Program-made: the position numbers and the translations under genes
DNA from: Chloroflexota bacterium
GTDB lineage: Bacteria > Chloroflexota > UBA11872 > VXOZ01
Reading direction: 5' to 3'
Assembly: GCA_965207135.1 (NCBI GenBank)
Contig: OZ242272.1
Coordinates: 2,750,544-2,814,543, forward strand
Length of the DNA stretch: 64,000 nt
Part shown: positions 20,357-30,090 of the stretch, in pieces
How positions within the stretch are numbered: position 1 is the first letter of the stretch
Layout: the number at the start of each line of letters is the position of its first letter
The notes under the pieces: generated by a model
Told to the model about the DNA's origin: nothing
Seen by the model: the letters and a program-made list of their open reading frames with translations, nothing else
Databases searched by the model: none

Positions 20357-21202
20357 CTAGATAGACTGCACGGAGAAGCCGCCGTCAATCACGAAGGCAA
20401 GTCCGGTGGTGAAGGCACTTGCACTGGAGGCGAGGTAAACGGCCGCGCCGCCAACTTCGGTTGGATCTCCGAAGCGGCCCATGGGCGTGTGTGCAACGAT
20501 CTGTTCGCCCCTCTCGCTCAACGTACCGTCCGGATTGCGGAGCAGCGAGCGATTCTGGGTTGTCTCGAAGAATCCGGGCACGATCATGTTGACGCGCACA
20601 CTGCCCTGCCACTCCCGCGCCAAGAAGCAGGTGAGGGTCGCCACGCCGGACTTGGCGATGGCATACACCGGTACGCGAGAAAGGGGTCGCTCACCGCCCG
20701 CCATCGAACCGATGTTGATCACGCTCCCGCGCCCGTTTGCCAACATTGCCGGCCCAAATTCCTGGCAGGCGATCCACGCCGACGTAAGATTAAGGTCGAG
20801 ATTGTCGCGCACTGCGTCCAAACCAATCTCCTCAAAGGCTTGATCCGCGCTGACAACGGCCGTCGGATGGTTACCGCCCACCGCATTTACCGCCACTGTC
20901 ACTGCACCGAACGCATCCCGCACACGCGTATGCGCTGCTTTAACGGAACTTGCATCCGTCGCCACATACGATACGAAGATTGCTTCGCCGCCGGCGTCGA
21001 CAATAGTCTCAACCCGGCGTTGGCCTTGTTCCTGGTTGCGCCCGAGCACTGCGACCTTGGCTCCGGCTGCGCCAAGATATTCTGCTATCAAGCCGCCCAG
21101 TATGCCTGTGCCGCCGCCAACAACCGCGACTTCGCCGGTCAGGCCGAAGAGCTCGTCGAGAAACTCGCTGCGCCGTCCGTCCCCTGTGCTATCTGCCGCC
21201 AT
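20357..21202 (-). CDS. SDR oxidoreductase (mannonate/gluconate dehydrogenase-like)
   Basis: GGTGILG and YAIAK catalytic motifs; PGFF..QNR. Confidence 0.88.
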   Translation of the reverse strand: MAADSTGDGRRSEFLDELFGLTGEVAVVGGGTGILGGLIAEYLGAAGAKVAVLGRNQEQGQRRVETIVDAGGEAIFVSYVATDASSVKAAHTRVRDAFGAVTVAVNAVGGNHPTAVVSADQAFEEIGLDAVRDNLDLNLTSAWIACQEFGPAMLANGRGSVINIGSMAGGERPLSRVPVYAIAKSGVATLTCFLAREWQGSVRVNMIVPGFFETTQNRSLLRNPDGTLSERGEQIVAHTPMGRFGDPTEVGGAAVYLASSASAFTTGLAFVIDGGFSVQSI

Positions 21203-21268
21203 CGGATGCGTCTCCTAGAAAGATTCGTGAGGTCGACTGCATTGCTTCATGCAGGCGGATAAAGATTC

Positions 21269-21595
21269 TTAGCCCGATGCCGCCCTTTCAATAATCTCGG
21301 CCAGCCAAGCATTAAGACTTTTGCCTTCTGCCCGCGCTGCGGTCGTAGCTGCACGATGGATCTCTGGCGCTAAACGCAGCGGAATCCGCCCTGAGAACGG
21401 TCGATCCGGCGTCCGGCCTCGCTCAGCACATGCAGCCAAGTAGTCATCTATGGAGAACTGGAACTCTCTCTCAAGTTGCGCCACGGAGTCGCCTTCAAAA
21501 ACGATCACGTCACGCGTGTCCACCACCTCACCTTGAAAGACCCCCGCCTCGTAATCGAAGCTAACTGCCGCGCTATAGCCTTTGTACTTCATCAT
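21269..21595 (-). CDS. hicB: HicB family antitoxin
   Basis: MKYKGY..GEV..RDVIVFEG..DDYL..FSGRIPLRL..HR..SLNAW. Confidence 0.92.
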   Translation of the reverse strand: MMKYKGYSAAVSFDYEAGVFQGEVVDTRDVIVFEGDSVAQLEREFQFSIDDYLAACAERGRTPDRPFSGRIPLRLAPEIHRAATTAARAEGKSLNAWLAEIIERAASG

Positions 21596-21846
21596 GGCTC
21601 GATCCCAGCCTCTCTCAAGAATCTCCTCATTGAGTTCACCGCGCCCTTTCTGACCTCTTTTTTAGGAAGTGGCCGGTGAAAAAGTGCGACAACGTTATTC
21701 AACTCAATATAGACTCTTGATCCCTCTCGTTCCTGGATGTATGCCCCACAGGCCAGAAGCAGCGACACAATGTCGTCCCATCGGATGCCTGACTGAGTCG
21801 GCCGGCGGAATAACGCCACCAAGGTCCTGCGATGCTTCCTTCTCAT
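21592..21846 (-). CDS. hicA: HicA family toxin
   Basis: IRWDDIVSLL..EREGSRV..FHRPLP; ATGA overlap with hicB. Confidence 0.9.
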   Translation of the reverse strand: MRRKHRRTLVALFRRPTQSGIRWDDIVSLLLACGAYIQEREGSRVYIELNNVVALFHRPLPKKEVRKGAVNSMRRFLREAGIEP

Positions 21847-22058
21847 CCACAAATGATATCACAATATGATGTGCTTTGTTAGTATGCGAGGCACTTTCTG
21901 CCAACTCTGGCAAGAATATTAGCGCTCATCTGAAGGTGATCTTATTGGATGCCCGCGCCCAAGTGAAAGACATTTGGAAACAGCCCGACTCAGTCGCACC
22001 TCAAAGCCAAATTACACTGGTGAATCGGCCCAGTCACGGCTTCGCTGCTTAGATCTGG

Positions 22059-23381
22059 CTAATCCGAACGGGTGCTTACGCTCAAGTCCGCCACTAGAAT
22101 CGGCGGCGCGGAGAAGCCGCCGCCCACCCACTCCGGCTCGCTCCCAATTGCAGCAATGTCCTTGAGCGCCTCATAGACATTCCCTGCCACCATCGTATCC
22201 TTCACACGGCCGGCAAGCTTACCGTTTTCGATCTTGTAGCCCAAGTGCACGTTGCCGGAAAAGTCACCGGCAAAGAGGTTGCCCATCCCCGCGCCCATCG
22301 TGAATTCAACCAGGATTCCCTCAGCCACGCTACCGATAAGGTCTTGGAGACTTCCGCCGCTGCCAGGCGCGACAACCACATTGTGATAACCGGGCGCCGG
22401 CAGAGAACTCGGCGAGCGTTCGCCGTTGCCGGTCGGCTCGGCCCCGGCAAGACCCGCAGTCTGCAGATCGTAAATGAAGGTACGCACGCAGCCGTCTTCA
22501 ACCAGCGGCGTGCGCCGCAACGGCATCCCTTCGTCGTCGGTAGGCGAGGAGCCAACGGCAAAGTCTATCGTGCCGTCGTCGTAGATGCTCAACTTCTCGT
22601 CAAACACCTGCTCTCCCAGCTTGTCGCTCAATGGCGACGCGCCCTGCAACACGGTCTTGCCGCTGAATGCCTGCCTGAGCGGTTGCATGAGCGTATTGCC
22701 GAGTCCCTGTGGCGTGAAGAGGACCGGCATGTGCTTGGTGGATACGTCCGCATTGTGGCGCGCATCCTCGACTCGCTGAATGACTCGCTGCGCTACCGTG
22801 CGCGGGTCAATGTCCGCCCGGCAAGAAACCGCATAGTGCCAAACGTCCAAGAGGTCTTCCCCTCGCGTCAGGTTAACACTGCCGCCCAAGGACACCACAG
22901 ACTTAACGTAGTCGGTGCCGCCGCCCAGCGAATTGAGCAGCCGCACGCGTGTGACCCGTTTTGAAGTCTCTACGTCGCACAAGAACTGATCGTCGTGATT
23001 GCGCAGCAGATCGAGAGCTTCCGTGCCGAGCGACACAAGGTTGTCCAGGGAAAGCGCCTCAACCGCCGGATCAAACGTCGCGACACCATTGGTCGTATAA
23101 GCGCCGGGGAGGGAAAACTGTGCTTGGGCGCCGAACTGCGCAGATTCAACCGCGCTTGCAACGAGTGCGTCCAGATCGCCCGGATTACCAAGCTTGGACG
23201 AATAGCCCAGACCGATGCGGCCATCCTTGATGATGCGCAACGCCATGCCGCTCGACTCGCGGGCGTTGATAGACTTCATCCGGTTGGCTTCAAAGGAGAT
23301 TGGGAGCTCCGTTGACTCATAGAAGAAGGCTTCGGCCACCTCCGCCTCTTTCTTGGCTTTTTCCAGCAGTGCATCGAGCAT
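22059..23381 (-). CDS. TldE/PmbA family protein
   Basis: DDEG, GDFS and IENGKL..VKDTMVAGN motifs; lacks HExxH; follows tldD. Confidence 0.88.
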   Translation of the reverse strand: MLDALLEKAKKEAEVAEAFFYESTELPISFEANRMKSINARESSGMALRIIKDGRIGLGYSSKLGNPGDLDALVASAVESAQFGAQAQFSLPGAYTTNGVATFDPAVEALSLDNLVSLGTEALDLLRNHDDQFLCDVETSKRVTRVRLLNSLGGGTDYVKSVVSLGGSVNLTRGEDLLDVWHYAVSCRADIDPRTVAQRVIQRVEDARHNADVSTKHMPVLFTPQGLGNTLMQPLRQAFSGKTVLQGASPLSDKLGEQVFDEKLSIYDDGTIDFAVGSSPTDDEGMPLRRTPLVEDGCVRTFIYDLQTAGLAGAEPTGNGERSPSSLPAPGYHNVVVAPGSGGSLQDLIGSVAEGILVEFTMGAGMGNLFAGDFSGNVHLGYKIENGKLAGRVKDTMVAGNVYEALKDIAAIGSEPEWVGGGFSAPPILVADLSVSTRSD

Positions 23382-23385
23382 GTGA

Positions 23386-24744
23386 CTACTGACCTCCCAC
23401 CAAGCACTTGCTGATGAGTACGTGGGGGCTGCCGTCGCCAACCGGCGCCGACTGGCCATTCTTGCCGCACGTGCCACCCGCCGGGTCCCAGGCAAAGTCG
23501 TTGCCGACGGCGATGATATTTTCCAGGGTGGTAAAGACGTTTCCGGAGAGATTCACTCCCCGCAGCGGCTCGGCCAGCTTGCCGTCGCGAATGGCATAGG
23601 CTTCCATGCAGGAAAACGTGAACATTTCCATGCTCGTCTGACCGCCGTACCAATTCTTGCAGTACACGCCGTCCTTGACCTCCGCCAACATTTGGTCAAA
23701 GGGCGTATCCCCCGGCTCGATGGCCGTATTGCGCATGCGCACCAAAGGCGGCACGCGATAGCTCTCAGCGCGCGCATTGCCCGTGGGCGCTTCGTTCATC
23801 TTGCCTGCCGTTTCCCGTGAGTGCAGCCGTCCCACCAGTTCACCCTCGCGAATTAGATACTGCTTACCGGTGGGCACGCCCTCATCGTCATACGAAAAGG
23901 AACCGGTAAGACCGCGCACTTGTCCGCTGTCTGCGATGTTGATCTGCTTACTGCCGAAAGTACGACCCAAGACCATGATCTCTTTCAGTTTCTCATTCTC
24001 GTAGACGTGGTCGGCTTCCGAGAGATGCCCGAATGCCTCATGGGCAAAGACTCCCGCCAACGTAGAGTCGAGAATCACCATGAATTCGCCGCCTTTGGGC
24101 GGTGTCGCGTCCAGCATGCCTACCGCTTTCGCGGCGGCCTCGCGCACCTCCGCATGGCGATTCTCCACCACGCTGTAGTCGTCGCTGCTGGCAAAGCCCG
24201 TCCGCGCCTGTTGCACATTGCCGTTGTCGCGCGCCACAACGCCAAAGTGAGCGGTTAGCCTGCCGCGCTCTTGCTCGATAAATGTACCCGTCGAGTTGCC
24301 GTAGTACTGCTTGCGGTAGCCGTCACCGTAGCGCACCGTGGAGGTCTGAATCTTTGGTGTCCGCCAAATTTCCTCCACATAGGAATCCATGAGGTGCTTC
24401 TTGTCCGCCAGCGCAATCTCTCGAGGGTCACGCACCATCGAGACGCGCACGACGTCATCAACCGGCGGCACGTCCACCAACTCAGTCTTTTCATTGCCAA
24501 CCAAGCGTGCCTGGCTAACCGCCTGATTTACTTTCTCATTTAAGTCGGACAATTGATTGAAGGAGACGAATCCCCAGCCACCGTTTACGACCGCACGCAC
24601 GCAACCGCCAAGCTGTGTGGTTGTGCCCACCTCCTCCAAGTCCTGGCCGCGGTAGGTAATACTAGTAGACTTCGTCTCCTCGATGCGAATTTCTACGTAA
24701 TCTGCCGTGTGGTGCTTGAGCGCGTCTTCGATGCGTTCGCGCAT
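23386..24744 (-). CDS. tldD: TldD metalloprotease
   Basis: HEAFGHLSEAD, YDDEG, RMRNT and CGKNGQ. Confidence 0.92.
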   Translation of the reverse strand: MRERIEDALKHHTADYVEIRIEETKSTSITYRGQDLEEVGTTTQLGGCVRAVVNGGWGFVSFNQLSDLNEKVNQAVSQARLVGNEKTELVDVPPVDDVVRVSMVRDPREIALADKKHLMDSYVEEIWRTPKIQTSTVRYGDGYRKQYYGNSTGTFIEQERGRLTAHFGVVARDNGNVQQARTGFASSDDYSVVENRHAEVREAAAKAVGMLDATPPKGGEFMVILDSTLAGVFAHEAFGHLSEADHVYENEKLKEIMVLGRTFGSKQINIADSGQVRGLTGSFSYDDEGVPTGKQYLIREGELVGRLHSRETAGKMNEAPTGNARAESYRVPPLVRMRNTAIEPGDTPFDQMLAEVKDGVYCKNWYGGQTSMEMFTFSCMEAYAIRDGKLAEPLRGVNLSGNVFTTLENIIAVGNDFAWDPAGGTCGKNGQSAPVGDGSPHVLISKCLVGGQ

Positions 24745-24753
24745 GGATGCGAC

Positions 24754-25611
24754 TCACTCCTTGTGAAAAGTAATGCCCACGGCGCCCGGCCCCGCATGGG
24801 TGCCGATTGCCGGTCCAATTGTGCCCTTGATAACGACCTTTGCTGACACGCGGCTCAGAATTGCTTCCTGCAATTCAGCCGCAAATTCCGGTGAATTCGC
24901 ATGCATAACGCCAAAGTGCGTGAGCTCGCCCTCAGCGCCGGCCACACTCTCGACATACAGCGCCATCCGTTCGATAACGCGCGACCGGGTGCGCACCTTA
25001 TCCAGGACATCGATTGCGCCATCTTTGAGGGTAAGCACCGGCTTAATCCTAAGTAGAGAGCCAAGCAGGTGCGACGCAGCCCCGAGCCGGCCGCCGCGGC
25101 GCAAGTATTCCAGGGTTTCGGGTGTGAAAGCGACGTGCATAAGGTCGGCAACATATTTGATGTGGTTTACGATGCGATCAGCTTCCATATCCTCAGCAGC
25201 CAGCCGCGCGGCTTCTCGCGCCATGTAGGCCACCCCCAATGAAGCCGATTGCGTATCAATCACGTGAATCTTGCAGGACGACTCTTCCTGCATCTGTTGG
25301 GTAGCCGTCAGTGCCGACTGCACCGTGCCGCTCAGCTTGCCGGAAACGTGCAGAGAGACGATGTGTTCATGATCCTGCGCCAAACGCTGATAGACCTCCA
25401 CAAACTCCCCTGCCGAGGGCTGAGAGGTCTGCGGCAACTCCTTGGCCTCCGTGAGCATGGAGTAAAACTGCTCACCCTTGATGTCCACGCCATCCTTGTA
25501 ATCGATATCGCCAAAACGAACGTGAGCCGGCACGATTGTGACGCGCTGCTCAGCGGCTACGGTGGGATCGAGGTCGCTCGTGCTATCAGTAACGATGGCA
25601 ATCGTACTCAT
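24754..25611 (-). CDS. DegV family fatty-acid-binding protein
   Basis: IVTDSTSD, TSQPS, SGKLSGT, GGRL and HAGPG. Confidence 0.92.
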   Translation of the reverse strand: MSTIAIVTDSTSDLDPTVAAEQRVTIVPAHVRFGDIDYKDGVDIKGEQFYSMLTEAKELPQTSQPSAGEFVEVYQRLAQDHEHIVSLHVSGKLSGTVQSALTATQQMQEESSCKIHVIDTQSASLGVAYMAREAARLAAEDMEADRIVNHIKYVADLMHVAFTPETLEYLRRGGRLGAASHLLGSLLRIKPVLTLKDGAIDVLDKVRTRSRVIERMALYVESVAGAEGELTHFGVMHANSPEFAAELQEAILSRVSAKVVIKGTIGPAIGTHAGPGAVGITFHKE

Positions 25612-26096
25612 GCCGTATCCTCTCTCTGCTCTTCCTTCAGCAATTCGTCTCGGTTGCGCCTTCAACGAATTCTTGCATGCCTGCGCAAACGGTAACAATC
25701 CACGTACCTTCGCGCCAATTCCTCCAGAATTCGTCTTCCACGCTATACTAACGCGCACGTGGCAGTCAACCGCTTATTTTGGGCAGGAAGTGGGCGCCGG
25801 TAGCTGGAGATAGCGTAACACGATTCTTGCCGAATTTCTTGAAGTAGACTTGAAGGGCTGAAGGCAATACCATGCCAAAGTACGTGGAGCGTGCGCGAGG
25901 CCTGCCTCGCACACGCTTGCTATGCCCTGCGCAACCAAGTGCTGGGAGCAGCCACTACCATAGGCTACACACCGGCATGCCGTTAGAACGCTTAGAATAG
26001 TGCACAAGGACTGGGAGAAAGCGGTCGCGTGCCCGTGGAATGTCCCGGACGCAGAGCTATTGAGGCATCATCCATACGCTTTAGGAGAAGGTTGGC

Positions 26097-26945
26097 ATGA
26101 AAGTGGTTGTGACGGGTGGCAGCGGCAACATCGGGCAGTACGTAGTGAGAGAACTCTTGCGCGCCGGGCACGAGATCGTCTCCTTTGACCGGGTGGCGCC
26201 GCGGGAGCCGGAACCGGGCGTGCACTATCGCGTCGGCGATCATGAGGACGAGGGCACGATTTTCGAACTGCTCGCCCCTGCCGAGGCCGTGGTGCACCTC
26301 TCTGCCATCCCCTCGCCGGGTACCCACGCCAACGCGTTTGTCTTCCGCACCAACGTGATGGGGACGTATAACGTGTGCGAGGCCGCCGCCACCTTAGGAC
26401 TAAAGAAAATCGTGGCTACGAGCAGCATCAATGTACTCGGCATGAGCTTCCGCTACCGGGACTTTGCTCCAAGTTACCTACCGGTGGACGAAAACCACCC
26501 CGATCTGCCGCAAGACCCGTACGGTCTTTCCAAAGTCGTGGGAGAAGACATCGTGGACATGGCCCATCGGCGGACCGGCATACCCGCGGTGTCCATCCGC
26601 CCATCGCATGTGGTCATGCCGGAGACGTGGCCGGTTCGCCTGGCAGCAATGGATGCCGACTTCAATGTCTTCTATAGCGGCATCTGGGGGTATGCGGACG
26701 TGCGCGACTTGGCGGTAGGCTTCCGATTGGCTCTTGAAACAGAATCCGCCGTGCAGGGCGCATACTATATCGTCGCCGACGACGCCTTTTGCCCCATGCC
26801 CCTTGCCGAAGCCGCGCCGCTGGCCTTTCCCGGCATTGGGGACATAGCAGCCCATCTTACCGGCACGGAATCGGGTATCACCAATGCCAAGGCAAAACGC
26901 GACCTCGGCTTTCAGGCGCAGTACTCCTGGCGGGACTTTGCGTAG
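26097..26945 (+). CDS. NAD-dependent epimerase/dehydratase
   Basis: GGSGNIG and YGLSK; AGGAG RBS. Confidence 0.88.
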   Translation: MKVVVTGGSGNIGQYVVRELLRAGHEIVSFDRVAPREPEPGVHYRVGDHEDEGTIFELLAPAEAVVHLSAIPSPGTHANAFVFRTNVMGTYNVCEAAATLGLKKIVATSSINVLGMSFRYRDFAPSYLPVDENHPDLPQDPYGLSKVVGEDIVDMAHRRTGIPAVSIRPSHVVMPETWPVRLAAMDADFNVFYSGIWGYADVRDLAVGFRLALETESAVQGAYYIVADDAFCPMPLAEAAPLAFPGIGDIAAHLTGTESGITNAKAKRDLGFQAQYSWRDFA

Positions 26946-27148
26946 AGCATTAATGTGCTACCGAATTGGCAACGCTCTCTATGGACCAAATGCGCCGGCC
27001 GAATGCCCCACAAACTGCTTGGTGACTTGCTAGCGCAAGACTGTGACTGCGCCGTCTTCTCCTATCTGGGCTTTGGTTCCCCGCGGAGTTGCTATACTGA
27101 GGGTGAGTTTGAAGCGCCAGCGGAAAGTTTCCGTGCTGAGCCCGCCAG

Positions 27149-27265
27149 CCGTTCGTGCTGAGGGCTGCGCGAAGCCCCTGCCGAAGTATGGACGGTGGAG
27201 CGCGCGCAGCTATTTTGACTATCCAGCTCTCAGTGCCGGCCTTCGACACGCTCAGGCCGAACAGG
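27149..27265. repeat. pair of REP-like repeats, CTGAGC-TGTCGAA family, in inverted orientation
   Basis: ccgttcgtgctgag...ccgaagtatggacgg (27149-27195) and ccttcgacacgctcaggccgaacagg (27240-27265). Confidence 0.6.
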
Positions 27266-27358
27266 GACAGAGCTCCGTGCGAGGTGAAGGCTGCGCACGT
27301 TATCATTTGTTCAGACGATCACAAGCGGTTGTCAGATTTAGTCATGAGGGCCAATGTA

Positions 27359-28408
27359 GTGTCATCAGCAGTTAAGTTGACCAGCCTCGCCGCTTGCGCA
27401 GGCTGAGCGGGAAAACTCGGCCCCGCCGAGCTCGCGCAGGTACTGCGCGCCTTCCCTTCACAAGCGAATAGCAATCTACTGGTGGGCTTAACCGCGCCGG
27501 ATGACGCCGCCGTCTACCGCATGAGCGACGAGCAGGCCATCATCAGTACGGCGGACTTTTTTCCTCCCGTAGTCGACGATCCGTATGCCTACGGGCAGAT
27601 TGCCGCCGCCAACGCGTTGAGCGACGTCTACGCCATGGGGGGCGAGCCGCTCTTTGCCCTGAATCTCGCGGGCTTTCCCGATGACCTCGACCTGGACATC
27701 CTCAGCCGCATTTTTCAGGGCGGCGCCGAAAAGGTGATCGAAGCGGGCGCCGTCATTGCCGGCGGACATACGGTGACTGATGAGGAGCCAAAATACGGCT
27801 TAGCCGTAACCGGCCAGGTGCATCCCGATCGCATCTTTACCAAGGCCGGTGCGCAACCGCGCGACCTGCTGGTGCTCACGAAACCCATCGGCACGGGCGT
27901 CATTACCACGGCCCACAAACGCGATTGCGTCGAACCCGCGCATCTCGATGAGGCCGTTGCCAGCATGTGCCGTCTCAATGGCTCTGCCGCACGGCTATTC
28001 CAACAGTGGACCATCCATGCCTGCACCGACGTGACCGGCTACGGCTTGCTCGGCCACGCGATGGAGATGGCGCGCCACGGCAACGTGCGCTTTGAAATCG
28101 CCGCCGCTGCTGTTCCGCTGCTGAGCGGCGCGCTGGGATACTCCCAGGATGACGTGGTGCCCGGCGGTCTCGACCGCAACCGCGCGCATCTGCTGGACGA
28201 GGGGTTGCTTACGCTCGACCAGAACATTCCTCCTGCCCTCGCCGCACTCCTCTTCGACCCCCAAACCAGCGGCGGCCTACTCGCAGCCGTGCCTCCTCGG
28301 GAACTAGCCCAGCTTGAAGAAGCCTTCCGTACCGCCAACGAGCCCTATTGGATCCTCGGCTCGGTGAGCGAGGGGGTCGGAATTACGGTGACATCCAAGC
28401 GAAGCTAG
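27359..28408 (+). CDS. selD: selenide, water dikinase SelD (selenoprotein; UGA-Sec at 27404-27406)
   Basis: KLTSLAACAG-U-AGKLGPAEL is in frame with DDAAVY, ADFFPPVVDDP, NALSDVYAMGG, TDVTGYGLLGH and DPQTSGGLL. The ORF track splits it at the UGA. Confidence 0.93.
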
Positions 28409-28443
28409 TTCTCGCCAACCCATTCTACTTAGACATCGAGTGG

Positions 28444-29096
28444 CTATTGTATTGGTTCAATTAACACTTGAGACTTGACATAGTCAACTTCACTTTGGTG
28501 GCATTGCTTGTATTTCTTGCCACTTCCACAAGGGCAAGGATCATTTCTCCTTGGATTCGTCATTGCAATTCGAAATATTTCATCCGTATGTTCTCTCAAA
28601 CCCTCGTCTCCGTGAGTGTACTCGCCCCAAAGGTCTTTTTTGCAGCCTCAATGCCGTATGCATCTGTAAAGGACAATCTGTAGAGAAACGGAATTAGCAG
28701 GTCTTGTAACAATTGCTCAATTGTCAGGTTAGGCTCAGTACCAAAGTTTATCCCCATGCAACACTGACCATCAGAGTAAAAGTGTAGGTCGATGGGTTTC
28801 ACTCTCTCCTTTTTCGCAACCTTTAGGAATCGACCGCCGGTCTCACGTACCTTGGGCCATCCGTTGGCATCAATCGAATCTAGCTCAACTTGTATCGAGT
28901 AGGTGTCGCAAAGAAAGTGGGGGCGGCCCCTGTTCAAGGTATCATCACCCATCCAAACTTTCCCTGAGCAACTTTCGTAGGCAGCGTGAAATGTGAGTTC
29001 GCCTTCAATCTTGTCGCTAGAGGGATTTAAGCGCAGGCCAGGATATTCTCGTGCGAGCCAATCAGTGTCGGAGCCGGAAAGCCTCATACGCCTCAA
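28444..29096 (-). CDS. CBASS-associated E2-like protein with C-terminal SEC-C motif, split by a -1 frameshift at A_AAA_AAG (28635-28641)
   Basis: Frame 0: [32 protein letters not shown], ending at 28596. The -1 frame reads [30 protein letters not shown] to TAG at 28444. Confidence 0.75.
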
Positions 29097-29118
29097 GTGC
29101 TTCCTTGTCTAACCAGTC

Positions 29119-30090
29119 TTAGAGGGACCAGCCGTGTCTACCGTATGGCCTTCTTGGTGTAACTGCTACGGACGATGCAGCAGTTCTCACGGTCGTTCTG
29201 ACTTTACTACCCACGCCAAAACTCTCACCGAACAACTGGCGCCACAGCTTTAGGCTCTCTTGCGGATCTTCCTCCTCGTAGGCTTGGCAGATCAATTCAG
29301 TGTAGCGATTGAACTTATCTCTAAAGTTAAGGTACTTGGTCTCATCCCAGTGACGAGTAAAGTTTTCTTGCGGCAAAACTGGATTCGAAATCGTAGGTAT
29401 CGTAGGCCACGATTGCAGAAAGCCGTTGATGCGCCTGCTTACAGTCATCAAGGTGTCTGGAACCGTCTTAAAGTTTGAATCGTCATCCGAATCATAGATT
29501 GCGTTCCCAATCAACGTCGTCAACAGGATTGAAGGCGCGGTAAATGTTTGCTTGTAGTCCCTGAGGTACTTCATGAGCCTAGTCACGCGCTTGAGGTTTC
29601 CGTTCGTGACCCGATTTTTTTCATTGAACCAGTCTCGGAAGCCGGTCCCGTCGGTGATTTCGAACTCATCCGTTAGTCTGTTGCAGATGTATTGGTTGGT
29701 TCCATAGGCTACACTCGGGACAATATCCAGATGAAACTCGCCTGCGTAGTCGACTACGACACACCTCGTCTTTCTTCGAATCTTGTCGGCATATACACTA
29801 CTATTCTTCAGGCATTGGTATACCGCATCGACATAGTCCCGGGGCGATTTGGAACCATCAAACTTCATGAATAACAGCAGATCAGCGTCGTATTCGTGAC
29901 CATTGACCGGCCTAATAATGGTACGAAGGGCGTAGGATCCCTGACGTTCAACTTTCACGTACCTATCTAGATTTTGGCTGAGAAATTCAGATACTGCTGC
30001 AACGCTCGTGTTCAGTCGGTCAAGCCGCGTCTGATTGATATTTACATGATCAGCGATGAATCTGTTGAAATCCTCGGTTCTCTTTGCCAT
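29119..30090 (-). CDS. cGAS/DncV-like nucleotidyltransferase (CD-NTase, SMODS domain)
   Basis: QGSYALRTII..EYDADL..FHLDIVP catalytic motifs; VTRLMKYLRD; TAATG overlap with the upstream patatin gene. Confidence 0.9.
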   Translation of the reverse strand: MAKRTEDFNRFIADHVNINQTRLDRLNTSVAAVSEFLSQNLDRYVKVERQGSYALRTIIRPVNGHEYDADLLLFMKFDGSKSPRDYVDAVYQCLKNSSVYADKIRRKTRCVVVDYAGEFHLDIVPSVAYGTNQYICNRLTDEFEITDGTGFRDWFNEKNRVTNGNLKRVTRLMKYLRDYKQTFTAPSILLTTLIGNAIYDSDDDSNFKTVPDTLMTVSRRINGFLQSWPTIPTISNPVLPQENFTRHWDETKYLNFRDKFNRYTELICQAYEEEDPQESLKLWRQLFGESFGVGSKVRTTVRTAASSVAVTPRRPYGRHGWSL

